NCBI GenBank assembly: GCA_044869275.1
Contig: JBIOXB010000050.1
Span: 1-50,990, forward strand
DNA: 50,990 nt
Direction: 5' to 3'
Source of the DNA: a bacterium
GTDB lineage: Bacteria; Zhuqueibacterota; Zhuqueibacteria; Zhuqueibacterales; Zhuqueibacteraceae
A program made the position numbers and the translations under genes. Shown here piece by piece: positions 44,765 through 50,990 of the stretch. Below the pieces are notes generated by a model. That model saw only the letters and a list, made by a program, of their open reading frames with translations. It searched no databases and had not been told where the DNA came from. How positions within the stretch are numbered: position 1 is the stretch's first letter; each line of letters opens with the position of its first letter.

Positions 44765-46495
44765 TCACGACGCTGCAAGCAAGCGATCCACCGTATTGGA
44801 AACGACTTTTTCAAAATCTCGTTTGGTGGCGTTGTCAAAGCACACCGTCTGAAAGACAGGCTGCCCGGTTTTTGCGGCAACATATTGCGAAATGCGCTGC
44901 ACGAGTTCTTCCGGATCGGAAGGGTTGGTCATCAGTATGGTTTTGTCCGGCAAGGCGGCCGTAAAAAAATGCTCCGAAAAAATGCAACCATAGTAATAAG
45001 GATCGGGACTCATCACACCGCTTTGCGCGCCGGCGATGATAACGTCATATTGCCCTTTATCCATTTCCGAGAGCACTCGGCGCAAGAGAGGGATATGAAA
45101 ATCCAACGGCATTTGCAGCGAGTTCATGGCACCGTATCCGGAGGGAAATGTGAATTCCACGCCGAAACATCCGCAGTGATGCTCAGTGCCAATCTGCCCA
45201 ACGCGGTGTCCCCTTTTCTGGAATTCATGTCGCAATGCCAATTGCATGGTGAACTTGCCTTGTTGTGCGCTGGTGCCAAAGACACCCAGCACCGGCGTAT
45301 CAAAGGCCTTCTTCTCCGGAACGCTTTTCAAAATCTTGATCGCATCCACATGGGTTATTTTTGGAATTTCAAGCCATAACCCCGCCGATTCGAATCTATT
45401 CCGCCACTCCTCCTCCTCGCACGGCGGCAGAAACGAGAATACATTGACATGATGGTTGACGGCATATTCCAAAGCCTCTCGCAGCAGGTCTTTTCGTTGC
45501 GCCGCGCTGGCTTGGTCCAAATAACCCACAAGTAAAGTATCGATACCTTGTGAATCCTCGGGCAGGCCGTGTTGCACCTCGAGGGTTGCGTCACAATTCT
45601 CCAGGACTTGATCGGTGCGCTTGCCGCAGTGCTGGCTCAGCTTGAAGTCGGCAATCCACCCAATTTCATATGGCAACTTATTTCTGAAACGCACAAAGCT
45701 GTGCATTTCCTTGTAAAAGGGATAGAGGCCGGCTTTTTTTATTTTGCGATAAAAGTCATTCCACGGCAGCACGGGCGAAGGATTCAAATCGATCTCACGC
45801 TTGAAAGCTGCGCGCATTTGCAGGAACGAGAGCATCGCAGAGAACTGCTTCGAGATATTCCTGCCAAGCAATTGCTCTGCGAGTGTGCGCGTACAAAGCG
45901 CAGTCGCAAAACTGGACCCTCCGAGGAATACTTGTGAGCCGTTCTTCCACCTTACCCGTTGCCTCGAGCCTCGAAAGATGAAATGGTGTTTTTTGTTCTG
46001 TTCCCATCCCCATTCCGTTTGGTTCTTGTGCGCGCCGCTTTTGACGCTGATCACACCCTCGAAGTTGGCCGGGTAGGTGGTGTAATCTTCATCATTCCAG
46101 GCACACACGAGCACGATCCCCTTTGCAACCGCAAGCTTCACGACTTCTTGCAGTTGGTATTTCGCTTCCGGATCGATCGTACCTATCGAGCAATTCAGTA
46201 GATCGATCTCATCCTGCAAGACGCAGTGCAATGCGCGTCGCAGCTTGGGGATCTCGACATGGGCTTCCCGATCGAAGGCCTTGTAAATGAACAAGCGTAT
46301 CTCTTCGGGAGTAAAGTTGCGCGTAATCAAATCTGCACAGGCCGTGCCGTGACCGATTTGGTCCTCGTATGCCGCCGTGGCCATCGCTCCGGTTTCGACA
46401 TGAATGCCCTTTTCCACAAAGCGCATCAAGCGTTGATCCTGAGTATCTATGCCACTGTCAATAATTCCGATTCTAAGCGGCATATGTGCGCGCAT
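44765..46495 (-). CDS. S8 subtilase fused to a DUF1611/TIGR04066-like P-loop domain (putative peptide maturase)
   Basis: Triad IIDSGI / DQIGHGTAC / GGSSFATA, oxyanion CAWND; C-terminal PVLGVFGTSAQQGKFTMQLALR...GQIGTE...IIAGAQSG; RBS AGGAG before ATG 46495. Confidence 0.8.
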   Translation of the reverse strand: MRAHMPLRIGIIDSGIDTQDQRLMRFVEKGIHVETGAMATAAYEDQIGHGTACADLITRNFTPEEIRLFIYKAFDREAHVEIPKLRRALHCVLQDEIDLLNCSIGTIDPEAKYQLQEVVKLAVAKGIVLVCAWNDEDYTTYPANFEGVISVKSGAHKNQTEWGWEQNKKHHFIFRGSRQRVRWKNGSQVFLGGSSFATALCTRTLAEQLLGRNISKQFSAMLSFLQMRAAFKREIDLNPSPVLPWNDFYRKIKKAGLYPFYKEMHSFVRFRNKLPYEIGWIADFKLSQHCGKRTDQVLENCDATLEVQHGLPEDSQGIDTLLVGYLDQASAAQRKDLLREALEYAVNHHVNVFSFLPPCEEEEWRNRFESAGLWLEIPKITHVDAIKILKSVPEKKAFDTPVLGVFGTSAQQGKFTMQLALRHEFQKRGHRVGQIGTEHHCGCFGVEFTFPSGYGAMNSLQMPLDFHIPLLRRVLSEMDKGQYDVIIAGAQSGVMSPDPYYYGCIFSEHFFTAALPDKTILMTNPSDPEELVQRISQYVAAKTGQPVFQTVCFDNATKRDFEKVVSNTVDRLLAAS

Positions 46496-48089
46496 CGCCT
46501 GGCTCCTGGATATACCGTTCGCACCGCATGTCGTCCGGAGGACGCGACTCAAATAGATATTCTCCGTGCTCGATCATAATTGATTTCCGGGCATTCAACC
46601 AGGCGAGCAGGCCCGCTTTGATCTGCGCTTTGAGGGTGAGATCGAGAGAATTAAAGCCCTCATCGACAACAAGCAGGCGCGGATTTTTGACCACCGCACT
46701 GACGAGCACCGCGGCTTGTTTTTGACCCCGCGAGATGGCTTCGGAATGCTCCGAGATGAGCGTCGAGAATCCACTCGGAAAAGCCGACATGAGCGCTTCC
46801 AGCCTTTGCGCCCGCAGCAACTGGAGGACTTCCTGCGCGGAAACCTCGCGCCCGGCGATGATGCGAATATTGTCAAGCAGCGTTCCCGGAAATACCATCG
46901 GGTCCGACGGAATCAAAAACCATTTTTCATTCACCACTTTGCCGCTCAAATCGTCAAATCCGGACAATATCTGCGAGAAAGTGGTCTTGCCCGCACCGTT
47001 TTCCGCGGTAAGATGAAAGAGGAATTTATCCGTTCGAGGCAGCAGAATGCCGCTTTTCAAGGTGCCGTTGAAAAATGGATGGTTGGTTCTGTCGGTTAAT
47101 GGATCAGTCGTCGCCTGCTCCGGGGATTCGAAAGCCAGCATCTCGTGAATTCTAAGGGTCGCAACGCGGTCTATTTTTGCGGATACTGCTGTTTGCCCCA
47201 ATCCCATCGCTATTTGGCTGGCCCGCCCGGCATACATGATCAACGCGAACACCTTTCCCGCCGTAAACGTGCCCGAGCGGTGATCAAAGCGTATGATGCA
47301 CAAAACGGCAATCGTACCCACCAGCAAATTGGCGAGGGCCAGCGCTTGATTTATTTTTTGCGCCTGATGTGCAAATTGGACTTGTTCCTGTTCCATTTGT
47401 TCCGCCAGGCGCCGGAAGTTTTGGAGATGAAAGGGCAACAATCCCCAGGAGAAAGTCAACGCTGGTTGTTGCATGCCCTGTTGAAAAGTTTGCATGAAAG
47501 AAGATCCCAGAGCTCGGAGCGTTGCCGCGCGCGCATTCAAGTAATTGTTCCCGAGATAGGTTATGGCGAAGACCAGCGGCAGGTAAACCATCAGGAGCAC
47601 CCCGACGTGCCAAGACATATAATGCAAAATTGCCAAAGTGCCAAAGAGCAGCACACTTTGAAAAATCACGCTGTGAGACAAATCAATGACGAAGGATTTG
47701 ACTGAGTACACATCTTGCGTAAGACGCGTCAAAACGTCGTTGGGATAGAATTTTTTCCAAAAGCTGCGCCTTTGAGTCAGAGCAGAATGATAGACGGACG
47801 AGATCACGTCGATCATCAAACTTTCGCTCACCCAGGCCGCTAAAATAGTGTAACACCAGGAGAATCCGATGGTGAGCAATACCAATCCCCCAAAAGCAGC
47901 CATTCCCCAAGCAAAAATCCTCCCTGTCTCAAGGCCGATGATCGCATCGATCGTTCTTTGGAATTGTATGGGGATGAGTAATTGGCACGCCAGCAATAAC
48001 CCCAGGATGAGAAACAGAATAAGTTCTTGCTTCCAAAACTTTTTCCAAAAGGGAAAGATGAATTCAATTATGGTCCTGAAATCAGACAT
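46473..48089 (-). CDS. ABC exporter (fused TMD-NBD), no C39 peptidase domain
   Basis: Six TM, DVLTRLTQDV, Walker A-like AENGAGKTT, signature ISRGQKQ, Walker B LVVDEG, H-loop IEH. Confidence 0.88.
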   Translation of the reverse strand: MSDFRTIIEFIFPFWKKFWKQELILFLILGLLLACQLLIPIQFQRTIDAIIGLETGRIFAWGMAAFGGLVLLTIGFSWCYTILAAWVSESLMIDVISSVYHSALTQRRSFWKKFYPNDVLTRLTQDVYSVKSFVIDLSHSVIFQSVLLFGTLAILHYMSWHVGVLLMVYLPLVFAITYLGNNYLNARAATLRALGSSFMQTFQQGMQQPALTFSWGLLPFHLQNFRRLAEQMEQEQVQFAHQAQKINQALALANLLVGTIAVLCIIRFDHRSGTFTAGKVFALIMYAGRASQIAMGLGQTAVSAKIDRVATLRIHEMLAFESPEQATTDPLTDRTNHPFFNGTLKSGILLPRTDKFLFHLTAENGAGKTTFSQILSGFDDLSGKVVNEKWFLIPSDPMVFPGTLLDNIRIIAGREVSAQEVLQLLRAQRLEALMSAFPSGFSTLISEHSEAISRGQKQAAVLVSAVVKNPRLLVVDEGFNSLDLTLKAQIKAGLLAWLNARKSIMIEHGEYLFESRPPDDMRCERYIQEPGDARTYAA

Positions 48090-48146
48090 GGACGTTGACT
48101 TGAGCCTGCGGCCTGCATCTTGCCAATATGTTTTGTGTCTGCTTCT

Positions 48147-48411
48147 TCAATACCTGTACCACAGTTTTGTGGATTGTTCGAGTCGGCGCCGGATTCTTTC
48201 AAATCAGACAATTATGTTTGCCTGCAGTTGGAATTTCGAGCGCGCTGCAACAGCGCCGCGAATTGGATTTTGCACTGCCCGGCAGCGCAGTTTTCTACAA
48301 GTCAAATCAAAATAAAGGCAACTCTGCTGCTGCAAAATGTATTATCCGACGCGGCCTCTGCAATTTAATCTCTGGAAAACCAAGAGGATGGGTTGCTGGT
48401 GCAAAATGCAC
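48147..48411 (-). promoter_or_regulatory. sigma54-type promoter region of the peptide cluster (-24/-12, IHF site, enhancer repeats)
   Basis: Minus TGGTAC-AGGTA-TTGA (48147-48161); IHF consensus AATCAG-ACAA-TTA (48202-48214); TGCAAAAT repeats at 48263-48275 (rc), 48331-48341 and palindrome GTGCAAAATGCAC 48399-48411. Confidence 0.6.
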
Positions 48412-48422
48412 AGTCCCCCATC

Positions 48423-49349
48423 TTAAAGCTTATATTGAACCATTTTGCGCTTGAGAGTGCTGCGGTCGATATGCAAAATTCTGCTTGCGTGTGTCAAGTT
48501 GTTCCTGGTTTCTTCCAAAACCGCCGCAATATGCCGACGCTCGAGCTCTTCCAGGCTCCAGCACTGTGTTTTGGCTTTGGATAATAGCGTCTCGCAGCGC
48601 AGGTCCAAATCAAAATCTTGTGGCAGTAACTCTGAGTTCTTGCAGTTGACCAAAGCCTTGACGATGGCGTTTATCAGCTCGCGCACGTTGCCGAGCCAGG
48701 AATGATGGAGAAGCAGTTCGTGCGCCGCTGGAGTAAAGTGCGCAGTTTTGCCCAGCTTTGCGCTGTAAACTTTCAGGTAATGCTCAGCCAGCGGCAAAAT
48801 GTCTTCCTTGCGTTCACGCAGAGAGGGAATAGTAACGCTGAATTGATCCAGGCGAAAATATAGATCACGGCGGAAATCGCCTTTTTCAACAAGCTCGCGC
48901 AGATTTGCGTTCGTGGCGGCAATCAAACGAAACCTTGAGCACAATTCTTGCCGCCCGCCCAGACGGCGGAATAGGCCACCGCTTTCTACGACGTGCAAAT
49001 AATTAGTTTGTACTTCCAGGCTCAGGTTTTGAATCTCATCCAGGAAAAGCGTGCCCCCATTTGCCTGTTCGAGCAAGCCGATTTGTTGCACGCTGGCGCT
49101 GGTAAAGGCACCTTTTTCATGGCCGAAAAGCATGCTTTCGACTATGTTTTGCGGCGTGGCGCCCACATCCAACATCACAAAGGCGCCGGCCCTTTGCGCG
49201 CTCGCGCCATGAATGTGGCGCGCGATCAAGGTTTTGCCGGTACCGGTTTCGCCATAAAGGAGAATGCTAATCGAGGTTGGAGCGACCTCCCGGAGCTTGT
49301 GCAGAACTTCCTGCATGGCGCGGCTTTTGTAAAGAATCGTGGCTTCCAT
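48423..49349 (-). CDS. sigma54-dependent Fis-family enhancer-binding protein lacking an N-terminal sensory domain
   Basis: GETGTGKT, ESMLFGHEKGAFTSA, GGTLFLDEI, RLIAATN, FRRDLYFRL, WLGNVREL, C-terminal Fis HTH. Confidence 0.92.
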   Translation of the reverse strand: MEATILYKSRAMQEVLHKLREVAPTSISILLYGETGTGKTLIARHIHGASAQRAGAFVMLDVGATPQNIVESMLFGHEKGAFTSASVQQIGLLEQANGGTLFLDEIQNLSLEVQTNYLHVVESGGLFRRLGGRQELCSRFRLIAATNANLRELVEKGDFRRDLYFRLDQFSVTIPSLRERKEDILPLAEHYLKVYSAKLGKTAHFTPAAHELLLHHSWLGNVRELINAIVKALVNCKNSELLPQDFDLDLRCETLLSKAKTQCWSLEELERRHIAAVLEETRNNLTHASRILHIDRSTLKRKMVQYKL

Positions 49350-49553
49350 ACCAGTTTCCGTGAATGATCGGGTTCATGATGAGGTGCGCTTGCTTCGGCA
49401 AGGCGAAAGTGATTGGGTGAAGGGGAGAGAGGGAGAAAAGGAGAAAGAGGCGTGATGAGGTTGCAGAGTTTCTCGTAACTAAGGAGGATGTCGCTGGGAT
49501 TCACCATCTTCCCATACCCCAAAATTTAAAGCTCTGTCCCTCCAAATTGCGAG

Positions 49554-49589
49554 CGGCCACAAAATAGAATTTTGTTGTGGCCGAGTCAA
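49554..49589 (-). promoter_or_regulatory. sigma70-type promoter with an overlapping inverted-repeat operator upstream of the sigma54 activator
   Basis: Minus TTGACT-N17-TATTTT; inverted repeat CGGCCACAA-N12-TTGTGGCCG. Confidence 0.6.
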
Positions 49590-49884
49590 GTACTTTCTTC
49601 AGTGCGGCCGTGTTTTTAGACGGTTGCACGAGGCGATTTTCGAGGCGAAGAGTGGATTTGTGGTGAGAATTCGTAATTTTTTTATTCGGGGCCAGTCTTC
49701 GATTCAAAGTCATGAGAGGCAGGCTTTCATGCTTTAGCTAAATTCCGTGAAACTCATCTCAACGCACTAGGGGCGCAAAAAGTCCAGCACAATTCGATCA
49801 CTACTCGAAACCTGGGTGACATCGCTTGCCAGAGCGATTTTCTTTTGACCGACGTCAGCGTTTATGGCTAAATCGGGAGGGCGT

Positions 49885-50990
49885 TTGTATAAAAGAGTCT
49901 ATCTCGCCATTTCATTGTTGCTCGCCGGCGGCTTGCTGGCTGCCTGGTTTGTTCTCACTTCCTCGCCCCACTCGGATTCCGGCGAAACAAATGATGTTCC
50001 CGACCTCGGCGTGGAAGCCCCTATTTCCGTCAAGGCCATGCACGCGCGGCGGGGCACGCTGGTGTTGCGCTTGACCGCCAATGGGTATACCAAAGCCAAT
50101 CGTCAAATCCCACTGGCGGCACAAGTCGCCGGCGTGGCGGATTCGCTAACAATTTATGAAGGCAAAGCCGTCCGCCCGCATGAACTGTTATTGCGGCTCA
50201 ACGATGCGGATTACAATCTCGCCGTGTCGGAAGCGCAGGAGCAGCTCAATCAGGCCATGATCACATACGGCCAGCAACGTGCCGAGCGCATCATTGCGAA
50301 CGTGCGTATCGATACGCTGCAAGGCTATTACCTCGATCTCCGCCGCACGGAAAGAGCCTACGCGCAGGCGCAGCGCGATCATGCCGGCGGCAAAATCTCG
50401 GAACAGGAGCTATTCTTGTTGAAGAGCGAGCACGAAGCTGCAAAGCTTTTTGCGGAAGAAGGCAAACAAATCCTCATCGCTTCGCGCACCGGCCTTACCA
50501 AAGCCATGATCAGCCTGCAGCGCGCGCAGCTCAATCTTGCGCGCACCCGTATCATCGCGCCCTGCCATGGCATGATCGCCAACCTCAAAATTGCCCTCGG
50601 ACAGCCCATTAGCGCCGGCATGGAATGCTTCACCCTGGTGAATCTCGATACGATTCTCGTTGCAGCTGAGGTTCTGGAAAGTGAAGCGCCACTCGTGCAC
50701 ATGGGACGCCGCGCCGCCGTGACGTTTTCAGCTTTTCCCGGGCAAGTTTTTGAAGGCAGAATCGTCGCCATCAATCCGCTCGTGGACCTTGAAAGACGCG
50801 TGCGGCGGACCGTGGTCGCCATTGCGAACAAAGATCACACACTGCTTCCGGGGCTTTATGGGCAAGTCAAGATTGAGTCTCAATTCCTCCAGGATCGCTT
50901 GATTGTGCCGAAAGAGGCGATTGTGGTGCGTGATCACAGGAAGGTGGTGTTTATCGTGAGATCGGAAGGAGTGGGGGAGAGGGGGACGGG
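49885..50990 (+). CDS. RND efflux periplasmic adaptor (membrane fusion protein), runs off the window
   Basis: Not in the ORF track; TTG after GGAGG (or ATG 49864). TM, AAQVAGVADSLTIYEGKAV, helical hairpin, IIAPCHGMI, FEGRIVAINP, LLPGLY, LIVPKEAIV. Confidence 0.88.
   Translation, partial: MYKRVYLAISLLLAGGLLAAWFVLTSSPHSDSGETNDVPDLGVEAPISVKAMHARRGTLVLRLTANGYTKANRQIPLAAQVAGVADSLTIYEGKAVRPHELLLRLNDADYNLAVSEAQEQLNQAMITYGQQRAERIIANVRIDTLQGYYLDLRRTERAYAQAQRDHAGGKISEQELFLLKSEHEAAKLFAEEGKQILIASRTGLTKAMISLQRAQLNLARTRIIAPCHGMIANLKIALGQPISAGMECFTLVNLDTILVAAEVLESEAPLVHMGRRAAVTFSAFPGQVFEGRIVAINPLVDLERRVRRTVVAIANKDHTLLPGLYGQVKIESQFLQDRLIVPKEAIVVRDHRKVVFIVRSEGVGERGT

Noticed and set aside
48110..48124. Second GG-N10-GC motif (TGGCAAGATGCAGGC) upstream of the ABC gene
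   Set aside because: Lacks TT before -12 and would leave only about 10 nt of leader; the 48147-48161 site fits better.
49226..49522. 98-aa ORF upstream of and overlapping the sigma54 activator as a lost sensor domain
   Set aside because: Built largely from the pyrimidine repeat tract, out of frame, and no receiver or GAF motifs.
1..50990. CRISPR arrays, tRNA/rRNA genes, transposases/integrases, and the many long antisense ORFs
   Set aside because: No regularly spaced direct repeats, RNA-gene signatures or recombinase motifs were seen; antisense ORFs are shadows of GC-rich coding strands.

Overview
Bacterial genomic window (probably a Gram-negative, GC-rich lineage; the gene styles suggest an FCB-group/KSB1-like organism, which is inference only). 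Left to right: (1) housekeeping genes: partial pabB, a ceramidase-like hydrolase, a DUF2090/IolC-like aldolase, an unusual membrane multi-PAS protein with no output domain, and a higBA toxin-antitoxin pair; (2) a + strand operon of two giant TPR proteins, a CglF/GltF-like protein, MotA/ExbB, two ExbD and an AgmX/PglI-type TonB-like protein, resembling the core Agl-Glt gliding machinery; (3) a - strand run of eight secondary nutrient transporters plus a peptide-transporter scar; (4) an RND permease, then a visibly more AT-rich ~13 kb - strand cluster that is the most novel element. It holds three tandem Cys/Trp-rich precursor peptides (two absent from the ORF track) with identical-length 18-aa leaders, an S8 protease fused to a DUF1611/TIGR04066-like domain, an ABC exporter, ACP, BtrH-like acyltransferase, formyltransferase, a stand-alone NdvB/Cgs-type glycosyltransferase module, a CxxC lipoprotein and a beta-propeller. 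A sensor-less sigma54 activator with a readable -24/-12, IHF and enhancer architecture sits at its head. It looks like a RiPP system with no radical SAM/LanM/YcaO enzyme. The window ends in a partial RND membrane-fusion protein. No rRNA, tRNA or CRISPR array was seen. All family assignments are from motif recognition by eye, not database searches.
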